A stretch of 64,000 nt of DNA, taken from an uncultured delta proteobacterium. GTDB taxonomy: Bacteria; Desulfobacterota; Binatia; Binatales; Binataceae. Each line of letters begins with the position of its first letter. The stretch's first letter is position 1. The notes under the pieces are model-generated. The model was not told where the DNA came from, made no database searches, and was given only the letters and a program-made list of their open reading frames with translations. The DNA is taken from NCBI GenBank assembly GCA_963724765.1, contig CAVRVY010000001.1, forward strand, positions 1,120,001 to 1,184,000, given 5' to 3'. Of the stretch, positions 20,540-31,372 are shown piece by piece. The position numbers and the translations under genes were made by a program.

Positions 20540-21529
20540 CTAGTTGAAGGTTTCGATGTAATGCTGCTTGACGAGGTCGTTGTCGACCCACGTGGCGAAC
20601 TGTTTTTGAGCTTTTTGGCTCACCAGCCTGTCCCGGATCTGACCGGAGACCTCAGCGAGCGGTTTGAGGCCGGACTGCTCGTGCGCCTCGAGCTTAACGA
20701 TGTGGAAGCCGTGCTCGGTCCGTATCGGCTCGGAAATATCGCCCACCTTCATGTGATCGATCGCGTTCTGAATGGCGTCGATCATGTCGCCGCGGGAGAA
20801 GTCGCCCAGCTCGCCGCCCTGGCTCTTGGAATCGTCGTCGGAGTACTGGCGCGCCAGCTGGCCGAAGTCGGCACCGTCGAGCAGTTGCTTGTGGATGCTC
20901 TCGGCCTTGACGCGCGCCGCCTCGACCTGGGCCGGCGTGGCGTTAGGTGGCACCGCGATCAGGATCTGCGCAAGCTTGAAGCTTTCCTTGCCGACGCTGA
21001 ACTCTTGCGGATGCGCGTCGTAGTAGGCCTTGATCTCGTCGGGCGAGATATTGACCTTTCCGCGCACCTCTTTCTGGATCATCATCATCTTTTGCAGTTC
21101 CAGCCGGGAGTGTTTGCGGAATTCCTCGAAGGAGTGGCCCTGGCTCTGGAGCTGCGCGCGAAGCTGCGCGTCGGTTAACCCGTTGCCCTGCTCGAAGTTG
21201 GCGATGTATTCATCGACTTGCCGCTCATCGATCTGGTCCTTGTACTTCTTGACCTCGCTTTCCAGCAGGCGCTCCGAGATGACTCCCTTGAGCACGGCCT
21301 TGGTGTCTGGCGAATTCATATCGCCTGGATCGTTCAGCGTTACTTTGTTGATCGCCGCAAAAGTCTTGAGGTCGTGAACGGTAATCGGATCGCCGTCGAC
21401 GCTGGCTACCACCCGATCGAGGTCATTCTGCGCACGTGCCGCGCATGGCCTCGCCACTGACACGGCCGCGATGCACGCGACGATCAGCGCCACGGCGCCC
21501 AGGCGCATGCGAAAATGATGCTGACTCAT
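20540..21529 (-). CDS. surA: SurA-like parvulin peptidyl-prolyl isomerase
   Basis: Signal peptide, DRVVASVDGDPIT, F.QLARQYSDD...GGELG...GFHIVK, and mfd-surA-pdxA synteny. Confidence 0.85.
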   Translation of the reverse strand: MSQHHFRMRLGAVALIVACIAAVSVARPCAARAQNDLDRVVASVDGDPITVHDLKTFAAINKVTLNDPGDMNSPDTKAVLKGVISERLLESEVKKYKDQIDERQVDEYIANFEQGNGLTDAQLRAQLQSQGHSFEEFRKHSRLELQKMMMIQKEVRGKVNISPDEIKAYYDAHPQEFSVGKESFKLAQILIAVPPNATPAQVEAARVKAESIHKQLLDGADFGQLARQYSDDDSKSQGGELGDFSRGDMIDAIQNAIDHMKVGDISEPIRTEHGFHIVKLEAHEQSGLKPLAEVSGQIRDRLVSQKAQKQFATWVDNDLVKQHYIETFN

Positions 21530-21532
21530 GGT

Positions 21533-24500
21533 CTAACTGGCGAGCGGCCCGGCGGGGCGGCCCGGCCCAGCTTCCAATTTTTCACAGGCGGCCAGGGCCT
21601 GCAAGACGCCGTCGAGTTGCTCGAACAACAGTTCGTAATTGTTGCCGGACTCGCTGGCGCCGGTCTCGATCCGCACCATCACCTGGAACGACGGGGTGAG
21701 CCGCATGCGGCGCCGGTTGGCCTCGGTCAGCGCGACCAGCCGCGCCGTGTCCAGCGGCGCGTCGGGATGAAATTTCACTTCGAGCTGGTCGCCCTTGAGG
21801 ATCGCGCTCAACATCAGCATCTCGCGCATCCGCCGGCGCAAATCCATAGCGGCCAGCAGGTTGTCGACCAGTGTCGGCGGCGGTCCGAAGCGGTCGCGCA
21901 TCTCCTCGCGCAGCGCGTCGAGGTCGGCCCTGGAAGCCGCTCGCGCCATCCGACGGTACAGTACCAGCCGCTCGCCCTCGTCGGGCACGAAGCTGTCGGG
22001 GATGTAGGCCGGGATGCCGAGCCGGAGTTCGGGCTCAAAATCCGGACGCAGCGGCTCGCCGCGCAATTCGTGAATCGCCTGTTCCATCATCTCCGTGTAC
22101 AACTCGAAGCCGACCGCAGTTATCTGGCCCGATTGCTCGCGGCCGAGCAGGTTGCCGGCGCCGCGATGCTCGAGGTCGCGGATGGCGAGTTTGAAGCCGC
22201 CGCCGCTTTCGGTCTCGACCAGCTCGCGCAGGGCCTCGATTCGTTTCTTGGCGTCGCGCGTGATGATGTGCTCGCCCGGGATCAGCAGGTAGGCGTAGGC
22301 CTTCTGGCGTGAGCGCCCGACCCGGCCGCGTAACTGGTAGAGCTGGGCCAGGCCGAAATGGTCGGCGCGGTTGATGATCATGGTGTTGGCGTTGGGAATG
22401 TCGAGGCCCGACTCGATGATCGCTGAGCATACCAGCAGGTTGACGCGGTTCTCGATGAACTCGCGCATCACGTTCTCGAGCTGGCGCTCCTTCATCTGGC
22501 CGTGCGCTACCGCGATCTTTGCCTCTGGCACGATCGCCCGCAAATGGCGCGCCACGTACTCGATGTTCTCCACGCGGTTATGTACGAAGAACACCTGCCC
22601 CGAGCGGTTGAGCTCACGCATGATGACCTCGCGCAGCAGCCCGTCGTCGAAATGTGCGACGAAGGTGCGGATGGCCTGGCGGTCCGGCGGCGGCGTCTGG
22701 ATCACGCTCAAATCGCGAATGCCGAGCATCGCCATGTGCAGCGTGCGCGGAATCGGGGTCGCGGTCAGGGTCAGGACCTCGACCAGCTTGCGCAACCGCC
22801 TGATGCGCTCCTTGTCGGCCACGCCGAAGCGATGCTCTTCGTCGACGATCAGCAGGCCCAGGCGCGGAAACTCGACGTCGTCCTGGAGTAGGCGATGGGT
22901 CCCGACCACGATATCGACTTTGCCGCGGCCGACGTCATCGATCACCGCCCTGTTCTCGCGCGCGTTGCGAAAGCGCGAGACCATTTCGATTCGCACCGGG
23001 TAGCCGTCAAACCGCTTGCGCATCGTGTTCCAGTGCTGCTCCGCGAGCACCGTGGTCGGCACCAGCATCGCCACCTGCCGCCCGTCCATCACGGCGATGA
23101 AGGCCGCGCGCAGCGCCACCTCGGTCTTGCCGAAGCCGGCGTCGCCGCAGATCAGCCGATCCATCGGCTTGGGCCGGCACATGTCGCGCACGACCTCGTC
23201 GATCGCGGCGAGCTGGTCGGGCGTCTCCTCGAACTCGAAGCCCTCGGCGAATTCGGCGTAGTCGGCCCCCGGATGGGCGAAGGCGTGGCCCTCCATCACC
23301 TCGCGCGCGGCGTAGATGTCGAGCAGCTCGGAGGCCATCGCGAGCACCGCCTCCTTGGTCCGCCGCTTGACCCTATCCCAGGAGCCGCTGCCGAGCTTGT
23401 CGAGCTTGGGTTCCTGGCCGTCGCCGCCGATATAGCGCTGGACCAGGTTGATGCGCTCCACCGGCACGTACATCGCGTCGCCGGCCGCGTACTCCAACGC
23501 CAGGAAATCGCCCTCCGTCCCGGCGACCTTCATATGGCGCAATCCCCGGTAGCGTCCGATCCCGTGATCGATATGCACCACCACGTCGTCGGGCTTCAGC
23601 TCCTCCAGATTGAGCAGTGCGCCCTTGGAGACCGGCCGCGAGCGCCGCCGCACGCGCGGCTCACCGAAGATGTCTTCTTCGCTGTAGACGTAGAGCCCGT
23701 CGGCTTGCAGCACCACGCCGGCGGAAACTTCGCCCTCCATGATTGCGGGGCGGAAGTCGGGCCACTGGAGCAGCTCGCCGAAGCTCTTGCACTCGGTATT
23801 GACCGCGAGATCGTAGGCCTCCAGATGACGGCGCAGGCGCGCGGCCTGGCTGGCGCCTTCGACCACCATCAGCGCGCGGCCCTGTCCACGTTGCACCTCG
23901 CGCAACTCCGTGGCGAGCGGCTCGAAACTGGGCGGCGTGCGCGGCCCGCTGAGCGCGCTCGCGCCGAGCTTGAGACTGGGCTGACATTTGACCTCGATCG
24001 GCGGCGCCCATCCCTCGCGCGGCGCGGTCACGGTGACCAGCGAACCAACCTCGACCGCGGTCATCGCGCCCAGCGCGTCTTCGAATTCATCGGCGCCGAG
24101 GTAGAGCGACGGGGGCGGCGGATAGAACGAAGGCTTGCTCTGCGCGGCGTCGGCCTCGGCGGCGGTTTGCTCGGTGACCCTGATCGCCTCGGCGAGCACG
24201 CGCCCCGGCTCGACGATCCAGACCACGGTGCCCGAGGGCAGGTAGCTGAACACGGTGTCGAGCGGACGGCCGAACAGCAGCGGCGTCAGCAGCTCGGCGC
24301 CCGGGAACAGCAGCCCGTTGGTCAGCGAGTCGCTCAGCTCCGCCAGCTCCTTGCGCACCAGCCCGATCTCGCTCGCGCGCAGCGCCACGCGCTCGCGCAC
24401 CTTATCGTCTTTGAGCGTGATCGGCGGCACCAGGCGCGTACGAATCACGATCGCCTCGCGCACCTCGCCAAGCGACCGCTGCGAGGCGGGATCGAACGGG

Positions 24501-25126
24501 CGTATCGAGGTCACGATGTCCTCTTCCAGCTCGATGCGCATGGGGTTGTGGTAGAGCGGCGAGAAGATGTCGATGATTCCGCCGCGCACGCTGAAGTCGC
24601 CCGGTTCCTCGGTCTGCGGCACCCGCTGGTAACCCGCTGCGCTCAGAGCGTCGACCAGCGCTTCGAGGTCGAGCGTGTCGGCGGCGGCGATTCGCAGCAC
24701 CGAGGACTCGAACACCGGGCGCGGCAGGGTCCGCATCAGCAGCGCCTCTGCCGACGCGACCAGCATCGGGGCCTCGCCGCGCAACGCCGCGTATAGCGCC
24801 GCGAGCTGCGCCGCCTGCGTTTGCGGCGGCGGCGAGAGATGGGCGAACGGCTTCAGCTCCCAGGCGGGCAGCAGATGGACCCGGCGCGCGAGCGGGTCGC
24901 GTTCGGGCGGCTCGTCGAGGAAAAAACCGATTTCACTCGCCAGCGCCTCGGCCTCGCGCGCAAGCGCCGTCACCACCAGGATCGGACGGCCCAGGCCAAG
25001 CGCGGCCTCGCGCAGCATCAGCGCTCCCGCCGCGCCGTTAAGCCCCATCAGCGGAAAGCGGCGCGCGCCGCCGCCGTCCAGGCGCGCCCTAAGCTCGCTC
25101 GCCGCCTCTTTCAGACTCCGTTCCAA
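21533..25126 (-). CDS. mfd: transcription-repair coupling factor
   Basis: CarD-like VVHIDHGIGRY, ETPDQ, GDAGFGKTEVA, DEEHRFG, TATPIPRT, QLRGRVGR and TRCF C-terminus. Confidence 0.97.
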   Translation of the reverse strand: MERSLKEAASELRARLDGGGARRFPLMGLNGAAGALMLREAALGLGRPILVVTALAREAEALASEIGFFLDEPPERDPLARRVHLLPAWELKPFAHLSPPPQTQAAQLAALYAALRGEAPMLVASAEALLMRTLPRPVFESSVLRIAAADTLDLEALVDALSAAGYQRVPQTEEPGDFSVRGGIIDIFSPLYHNPMRIELEEDIVTSIRPFDPASQRSLGEVREAIVIRTRLVPPITLKDDKVRERVALRASEIGLVRKELAELSDSLTNGLLFPGAELLTPLLFGRPLDTVFSYLPSGTVVWIVEPGRVLAEAIRVTEQTAAEADAAQSKPSFYPPPPSLYLGADEFEDALGAMTAVEVGSLVTVTAPREGWAPPIEVKCQPSLKLGASALSGPRTPPSFEPLATELREVQRGQGRALMVVEGASQAARLRRHLEAYDLAVNTECKSFGELLQWPDFRPAIMEGEVSAGVVLQADGLYVYSEEDIFGEPRVRRRSRPVSKGALLNLEELKPDDVVVHIDHGIGRYRGLRHMKVAGTEGDFLALEYAAGDAMYVPVERINLVQRYIGGDGQEPKLDKLGSGSWDRVKRRTKEAVLAMASELLDIYAAREVMEGHAFAHPGADYAEFAEGFEFEETPDQLAAIDEVVRDMCRPKPMDRLICGDAGFGKTEVALRAAFIAVMDGRQVAMLVPTTVLAEQHWNTMRKRFDGYPVRIEMVSRFRNARENRAVIDDVGRGKVDIVVGTHRLLQDDVEFPRLGLLIVDEEHRFGVADKERIRRLRKLVEVLTLTATPIPRTLHMAMLGIRDLSVIQTPPPDRQAIRTFVAHFDDGLLREVIMRELNRSGQVFFVHNRVENIEYVARHLRAIVPEAKIAVAHGQMKERQLENVMREFIENRVNLLVCSAIIESGLDIPNANTMIINRADHFGLAQLYQLRGRVGRSRQKAYAYLLIPGEHIITRDAKKRIEALRELVETESGGGFKLAIRDLEHRGAGNLLGREQSGQITAVGFELYTEMMEQAIHELRGEPLRPDFEPELRLGIPAYIPDSFVPDEGERLVLYRRMARAASRADLDALREEMRDRFGPPPTLVDNLLAAMDLRRRMREMLMLSAILKGDQLEVKFHPDAPLDTARLVALTEANRRRMRLTPSFQVMVRIETGASESGNNYELLFEQLDGVLQALAACEKLEAGPGRPAGPLAS

Positions 25127-25281
25127 ATCGACCTTCGACCGCTCCGATCGGTGCTCGATAACTCTCTGCGCGATGAGTCGTCGAACTAAGAATCAAACCA
25201 ATGGCCAAATTAAAGGTAATGATCCAATCGATGATAGCAAAGGCGGCCGCCGCGGTCGCGTAGGCGGTTTCCGGCGCGCGT

Positions 25282-25986
25282 CTAATGGGTCGCGTCGGCG
25301 CTTTTTTGAAAGCCCAGCGTCACCGGCAACTTGACCGCCTTGTAGGTTCCGCCCCGCTGCTGGCGCAGGACGGTCAGATAGATAATGTCGCCGGGATGGA
25401 GTCGGGCGAGGTGGTCGGGCAGGTCGGAGTCGCTGGTCACGCGATGGTCATCGATTGCGACGATGAGGTCGCCGTCCTTGCCGAGTTGGCCTGTCTTCGC
25501 GAGCAGCGGCCTGAGCGCCGCGTCGAGCGGGCCGAGCAACTCGCCCGTTGTCGCGCCGCTGGCGCCGACCGTGGTCATCGGCGTGCGCGCCCTGAGCCCC
25601 GCGCGCGATGCCGGGCTGTCCTCATCGACGTCCATCACCTCCAGCCCGCCGACCTTCTGCCCGTCGCGCGTCGAAACCGCGTACAGCACCGTGATCCCGA
25701 GGTATGGGCGCGGTCCGTTATTCGCGGGGGCGGATAAATCCGAGGGCAGCGGAGCGTTGTCGGAGCCGACGTCAGGCTCCGGCGCACTTTGCTCCGGCGC
25801 GCGAGGCGCTTGGGCGCTCGGGGTTACCGCCGGGGGCGCCGAAGGCGCCGCCGGCGGTAACACGAGCGTCTGGTCGCCACCGGCCGGGATGCTTTTCGGG
25901 GCGCTCTGTGTTTGGGCGCCCGCCGGCCGCGCGCATAGCAACGCCGCCGCGAGCACGGAACAGAAAATGGTCCGAACGTGCTTCAT
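25282..25986 (-). CDS. secreted PDZ-domain protein
   Basis: Signal peptide, Pro/Ala linker, PYLGI, SPASRAGL and GDLIVAID. Confidence 0.75.
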   Translation of the reverse strand: MKHVRTIFCSVLAAALLCARPAGAQTQSAPKSIPAGGDQTLVLPPAAPSAPPAVTPSAQAPRAPEQSAPEPDVGSDNAPLPSDLSAPANNGPRPYLGITVLYAVSTRDGQKVGGLEVMDVDEDSPASRAGLRARTPMTTVGASGATTGELLGPLDAALRPLLAKTGQLGKDGDLIVAIDDHRVTSDSDLPDHLARLHPGDIIYLTVLRQQRGGTYKAVKLPVTLGFQKSADATH

Positions 25987-26106
25987 TGTCGCGTTACGCA
26001 GGCAAGGTGCCACCATCAACAGCCGTCGTCCATTGCTGTCGTCCAGTCGTCAATGATGATGATAGGACCTGCGGATCGGAGCCTCAAGCGGCGATTGCAA
26101 AACGCG

Positions 26107-26138
26107 CCGGGGGCGCCGCCATTCGGCGGCGCCCCCGG
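26107..26138 (-). terminator. GC-rich hairpin downstream of the large secreted protein gene
   Basis: CCGGGGGCGCCGCC-ATTC-GGCGGCGCCCCCGG is a perfect 14-bp stem. Confidence 0.6.
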
Positions 26139-26189
26139 GTTATCAGAGTTCGGATATCGCACTCGCGTCCTATGCGCGACGCAAGTCGC

Positions 26190-28958
26190 TTACCATGGTG
26201 CGCTCGAGGCCGGGCACTTGAACGTTCTCGCCGATTTGCAGTCCACTCCCCACAGCCGCACCAGGCCGCGATTGAGGTCGTGCTGTCCGGCAGGGGTCGT
26301 AAGCGCGCGGTTTGCGCCTTCGAAGCGAAGATCGAAGGCCGGAGCCGCCGCGGTTCCCGTGTTGAACAGCTCGAACACCGTGGCCTGCGAGTTGTTGCCG
26401 ATCAGGTTGCCGATGGGGAAATTCCCGAGATTGGCGGTGGTGCACAGCCCTGACGGACTAGAGGGCTGATCACCCACCGAGTACCCAACCAGTACCGGGT
26501 CTGCCGCGCTTCCGAGCAGATCCATCCGCCCGTAATGGAAAGTGATATAGCCGCTGCCGTCAGGGCGGGTAACTTTGCCGACAAGCCCTTTGAAGCGCAG
26601 GTCGGTCGGTCCCTCCTGGAGATCGAAAGGCACCACGTTGTTGCCGATCGGATTGCCCGCATTAAGGGTCTGCGTCGCGTTTTCATCCACTCCAGTACCG
26701 TCGTCATAGAGCGATACCGAAAACGTGTTGCTCGACCCGCAGGCCTCTTTGCCGGCCTGCGGCACGTCGATCCAGCGGAAGATGAAATGGTTGATGTTGG
26801 CGAATCCCATCGCCTGCACCGGAAACGTGTTGTTGAACGATGAGCGGCTGGCAGTATTGAGCGCCGTCCAGGCGGGCGCAATCATCGGCACACCCGACAG
26901 GAACGAGCCCGTTGCGGGCGAACTGCTGCTGTTACCGTTGCCGAAGCTCACGTTGCCGTTGGAATTCAGGAAGAATGTATTCCATGGCGAGGTACAGACT
27001 GCGGCTTGAACGCCGCCATAGACGAATTCGAAACCGCCGGCGAGCGGATCTGTGATCGCTGGGTCATTGGGGCCCGAGAAACCGTCGGAGTCGTCCCCCT
27101 TGAACGGATAATTCTGATCGTCGCCGCCCGCTACCTGATGGCTGGGATCGAAGTGCTCCCAGTACTCGGCACCACTGGAACTATTGGCCGCTTGCGTCGA
27201 TCCATTGGGCAGCTCCGGCGTATTGTCATCGGTGCGAGTGCGGTTGAGGTAGAGCAGGAAACCGTGTGACAGGCCTGCGATTCCGGTCGGAGTGTTGGTC
27301 ACCGGATCGAGGGGTGCCTGCCAATAGATGTAGTCGAAACGATTCGCAACGCCATTGCCTTTATTGCCGCCGCTCGAGCCGCTGTTAGGTGGGTTATTGC
27401 CGCGCAGATCCATATAGTCGGCGCGCAGGTTGTAAGGCCGGTCGTCGGGGAAGACCAGAATCTCGCCCAGGGTCGGCGAAGGATTGGTGCCCGCTCCGGC
27501 CGGCGTGCCGCCCGAAATGACGTAGACCTTGCCCTCCTGGTCGACGGTGACTCCCGAGTAGGTCGTGTAGTCGACCTGGAAACCGACCTTCTGCGTGCTG
27601 GCAGTGCTGCCAAAAATTGGCCCGCCGTCGCGCCGGTCAGGTCCCGTTCCGAGAACGAAGGCGCAGAAATTGTTGACGCCTGGCACCAACGGCACTCCCT
27701 TAATCGCATTGTCGGCGAAACCGTCGGCCACCGGAACCACGCCCGCGCAACCGTCGAGCGCGCCGCTATTGTCGGTGAAAGTGATGATCATCGAGGGCGT
27801 TGGGCCGAGCGCCGGCGAATTTTCGAACGGGCCGGAGTTCGCGGCTGCTCCCTTTGAAGCCGAGACCGCCGCATACACGACATTGTTGGGGCCGGTCGCG
27901 ATCGCCGCGATATTACCGAAGAAGGCTGATGTGCCTGAATAATTGGTGGCGGTGCTATGTTGCGATGCTGGTCCGCTTGCGGTGCCATACGCGCCATTGG
28001 CAGGATTCAGCGTGGAGATATTGGGGAGAAAGCTGCTGGTAGCCAGCGATCGCGTCTGGTTTGTACCGTCGGGCGTGATCTTCACGATATTCCCGCCGGT
28101 CAAACCGATCAGATCGGCCTGGTGAAAGTACAACGCTCCGCTATCGTCCACGGCAATTCCGCCTGGGTTCTGAAATGCCGAAAATAGGATTCCGAACGGT
28201 CCCCCAACCTGCACCGGAAAGCCACTGGGACTCGAGATGTTCGGACCGGTGCCCGAACTGATGTCCGCGACCGGAAAAGCCAGCACGCCGCTCCGTGCGA
28301 GCTGGTTGTTCTGAACCAGGCGGAAGCCGCCGCCATTGTCGGTGAAGCTCACGTACAAAATCTCACCGGTGAGCCCGTTAAACGACGAGAAGCCGCCATT
28401 GACGTTTGCAAATGAACTCAAATCGGCGACCGGCTCTACGGCCAGACCCGTAATCGCGATCTGATCATTGCTCTGCAGGGAACCGAAGGCATTGGTCAGC
28501 AGTGTCGGCAGGTTCATCGTGAACTTGTTGGGTGTCGGCGGCGACTGTTGCACATTGTTCGTCGCGGCGACGGTGACGTTGCCGAGCGAGTCTCCGTAAT
28601 AGAGGACGTCTTCGGTAAAGCCGTTGGCAATCGTATGCTCGGAAATTGCCACCCTGGTTAGAACCTGCGAACTACTGGTAAAGCTGTTCGCGAGGTCGTC
28701 GACGAGGCCGGAATGATCGGCGACGTTGTCTTCGCTGCCATCCCAGTCGCCCAAAAGATCGACCTCCGCCAGCGAGCTGCCTCGGCCGCCAACGTTGGTC
28801 GCGACCGCCGCCGACAGCGCTGCGCTGGCCGACATAATGTTAGGGATGCCGGCAGCTTTGATACCACTGGTTGTCGCCGCTGGATGAGGCCGCGCCAACA
28901 TTGCGGACAGGCCCAACGCCACCACTAATCCTGCAAACACCAGTTTTTTCGTCCTCAT
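26190..28958 (-). CDS. large secreted protein: beta-propeller-like repeats plus C-terminal NIDO-like domain
   Basis: Signal peptide, GLAVEP/GIAVDDSG/GVTVDQEG blades, then FFLNSNGNVSFG...IAPAW...NTFSVSLY. G/S/N/T-rich. Confidence 0.7.
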   Translation of the reverse strand: MRTKKLVFAGLVVALGLSAMLARPHPAATTSGIKAAGIPNIMSASAALSAAVATNVGGRGSSLAEVDLLGDWDGSEDNVADHSGLVDDLANSFTSSSQVLTRVAISEHTIANGFTEDVLYYGDSLGNVTVAATNNVQQSPPTPNKFTMNLPTLLTNAFGSLQSNDQIAITGLAVEPVADLSSFANVNGGFSSFNGLTGEILYVSFTDNGGGFRLVQNNQLARSGVLAFPVADISSGTGPNISSPSGFPVQVGGPFGILFSAFQNPGGIAVDDSGALYFHQADLIGLTGGNIVKITPDGTNQTRSLATSSFLPNISTLNPANGAYGTASGPASQHSTATNYSGTSAFFGNIAAIATGPNNVVYAAVSASKGAAANSGPFENSPALGPTPSMIITFTDNSGALDGCAGVVPVADGFADNAIKGVPLVPGVNNFCAFVLGTGPDRRDGGPIFGSTASTQKVGFQVDYTTYSGVTVDQEGKVYVISGGTPAGAGTNPSPTLGEILVFPDDRPYNLRADYMDLRGNNPPNSGSSGGNKGNGVANRFDYIYWQAPLDPVTNTPTGIAGLSHGFLLYLNRTRTDDNTPELPNGSTQAANSSSGAEYWEHFDPSHQVAGGDDQNYPFKGDDSDGFSGPNDPAITDPLAGGFEFVYGGVQAAVCTSPWNTFFLNSNGNVSFGNGNSSSSPATGSFLSGVPMIAPAWTALNTASRSSFNNTFPVQAMGFANINHFIFRWIDVPQAGKEACGSSNTFSVSLYDDGTGVDENATQTLNAGNPIGNNVVPFDLQEGPTDLRFKGLVGKVTRPDGSGYITFHYGRMDLLGSAADPVLVGYSVGDQPSSPSGLCTTANLGNFPIGNLIGNNSQATVFELFNTGTAAAPAFDLRFEGANRALTTPAGQHDLNRGLVRLWGVDCKSARTFKCPASSAPW

Positions 28959-29423
28959 TTCGCCCCCCTTCAAATAGAGTTAGGGATTCTGGTCGCTAAT
29001 GCTGCGATACCCTTAAGATCTGCTATGGCTTTTAGCTCTCAAGCAGTCTCCGATAGACACCTATTTTCATGTGACGCAGGCACAATAATTGTCAAACCAT
29101 CATAGAGTCAATCAGGAATGCTATTCACTTATATACACACAACTAAATGGCGAGAATCAGCAGTAAGTTTAAACTGATCTTTATTATCTTATTGCAATCA
29201 CTAACCATCTTAATTGTCTGTGGCCGCTGATCTGCTGCTGGCCTTAGGTGTGAAAGAAACTCAACTTGAACGCCTCAAACGCTTAGTGTCACAGTCGCAC
29301 TCGCCTGCGGTGATAACAGGTAATCGCTGGTCGCTGAGCGTTGGAATGCCCGAGCATTCGGGCGAGAAAAATTAACTTGAACATTTGAAGGTCCCCGTGC
29401 CACTGTTGGCGCGGGAAGCCTTG

Positions 29424-30434
29424 ATGAAAATCGTCAGCACCGTCGGCCTGAGGCCCCCTCAGCGCGCGCTCCTCGAAAAGGCCGTGCCCGGCGCTGAAAT
29501 CGTCGATCGTCAGTGTCGCACTATCGAAGAGATGGCGGAGCTGGTGGGCTCCGCCATCGGATGCGACGTGCTCTTCACCTTCCGGGTGCCGCCCGAGACG
29601 ATGCGAATTGCGCCGGGGCTCAAATGGATTCAGCTCCTGAGCGCGGGCGCCGATCACGCGCTCAAAGGCCAGGTTGGCGCCGGCGTCGCGATGACTACCT
29701 CCAGCGGAATCCATGCGGCGACGATGGCCGAGTACACGATAGCTTCGATGCTGGCGTTTGCGCACAAGCTGCACTTGCTCATCCGTGCGCAGATGAATCG
29801 CGAATGGCGGCGTTCGGGCGACTTCATGTCGATGGTCGACGCGATGCGCGGCCATACGCTGGGCGTGATCGGCTACGGCTCGATCGGGCGCGAGACGGCG
29901 CGGCTGGGGCGGGCGCTTGGGATGCGAATGATCGCGCTCAAACGCAATCCGGCCGCACACCGCGATGAAGGATGGATGCCGGCGGGGCTCGGCGATCCCG
30001 ACGGCAGCATCCCCGAGCGCTTCTTCGGCCCCGGCGAGCGCGTGGAGATGCTCGGCGAGTGCGATTACGTCACGGTCACGCTGCCGCTCACGGAGGCGAC
30101 CCGCGGATTTATCGGCGAGCGTGAGCTCGGCGCGATGAGACCGCACGCCTACCTGGTCAACGTCGGACGCGGCGAAGTCGTCGACCAGGGCGCGCTGATC
30201 GAGGCGCTGCGCGCGGGCCGTATCGGCGGAGCCGGTCTCGACGTCTTCGAGCGCGAACCGCTGGAGGCGGAGAGTCCGCTGTGGACGATGGAGAACACGA
30301 TCCTGACGCCTCACATGTCGGGCGCTTTCAGGGGCTACGTCGAAACCTGTTGCGAGCTTTTCGCCGACAACCTGCGGCGCTTCGCCGCCGGCCAGCCGCT
30401 GCTCAACCAGGTCGACCCGGCGCTCGGCTACTGA
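29424..30434 (+). CDS. D-2-hydroxyacid dehydrogenase
   Basis: GYGSIG, LPLTEAT, VNVGRG, LDVFEREPL and TPH motifs. Confidence 0.93.
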   Translation: MKIVSTVGLRPPQRALLEKAVPGAEIVDRQCRTIEEMAELVGSAIGCDVLFTFRVPPETMRIAPGLKWIQLLSAGADHALKGQVGAGVAMTTSSGIHAATMAEYTIASMLAFAHKLHLLIRAQMNREWRRSGDFMSMVDAMRGHTLGVIGYGSIGRETARLGRALGMRMIALKRNPAAHRDEGWMPAGLGDPDGSIPERFFGPGERVEMLGECDYVTVTLPLTEATRGFIGERELGAMRPHAYLVNVGRGEVVDQGALIEALRAGRIGGAGLDVFEREPLEAESPLWTMENTILTPHMSGAFRGYVETCCELFADNLRRFAAGQPLLNQVDPALGY

Positions 30435-30543
30435 CCGCGGGCGTCCGCTCTCTTACACTCGCGCTGGCAGTGCACCGCTCGTGCCGGGGACGCCTTGTTC
30501 GCTCCGGCGGCGCCTCTTATGCTGCCTGATTGGCGGTGGCGCA

Positions 30544-31371
30544 ATGGGCGACTGGGATCCCGATCTTTATCACAGGTTTCGTCGTTATCGCTCCGAGCCC
30601 TTCGCGGCGATTGTGGCGAGGCTCGAGCCTGACCGCTATGTGCGGCGGATCGTCGATCTCGGCTGCGGCACCGGCGAGAACACGGCGGAACTCGCGCGCC
30701 GCTTTGCCGGCTGCACGGTGGTCGGGATGGACTCGTCGCCGGCGATGATCGATCGCGCGCTCAAACTGCGCGAGGGCCTGGAGCCGGCGCTGCGCGAACG
30801 GCTGAGCTTTGTCCTTGGCGATATCCGCGAATTCAACGGACCGCGCAAATCTTCTGACGAGCCCTCGCGTGGATACTCGATGATTTTCTCCAACGCCGCG
30901 TTGCAGTGGCTCATTGAACATCGTGAAATCTTCACGCGTTGCTTCGAGGCGCTGGCGTCCGGCGGGCGGCTGGTGGTGCAGATGCCCGCCAACGATCACG
31001 AGACCGCGCAGGTCACGCTCGACGCGCTGGCGCACGAGGAGCCGTGGCGCGCAGCTCTGGCCGGCGTCAGACCGCCCTCCGCCACGGTCGCCGCGCCCGA
31101 GGTTTACGATCGGATGCTCGGCGCAATCGGTTTCACCGGCATCGATTGCTACTACCATACGTTTCATCACCCGATGGGCTCGCCCGCCGAGATCGTCGAA
31201 TGGTGCCGCGCAACCGTGTTGCGCCGTTACGTGGACTTGCTCGAGCCCGCGGCGCGCGAGCCTTTCGTCGAGGCTCTAACCGAGCGCCTGGAGACCGCCT
31301 ACGGCACGCGAGGGCCTTTGACCTTCAACTTTCGCCGGCTTTTTATTTGGGCGCTGCGCCCGGCCAACTGA
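30544..31371 (+). CDS. tam: SAM-dependent methyltransferase, trans-aconitate 2-methyltransferase-like
   Basis: WDPDLY, DLGCGTG, DSSPAM, SNAALQW, QMPAN and FRRLF motifs. Confidence 0.8.
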   Translation: MGDWDPDLYHRFRRYRSEPFAAIVARLEPDRYVRRIVDLGCGTGENTAELARRFAGCTVVGMDSSPAMIDRALKLREGLEPALRERLSFVLGDIREFNGPRKSSDEPSRGYSMIFSNAALQWLIEHREIFTRCFEALASGGRLVVQMPANDHETAQVTLDALAHEEPWRAALAGVRPPSATVAAPEVYDRMLGAIGFTGIDCYYHTFHHPMGSPAEIVEWCRATVLRRYVDLLEPAAREPFVEALTERLETAYGTRGPLTFNFRRLFIWALRPAN

Positions 31372-31372
31372 G

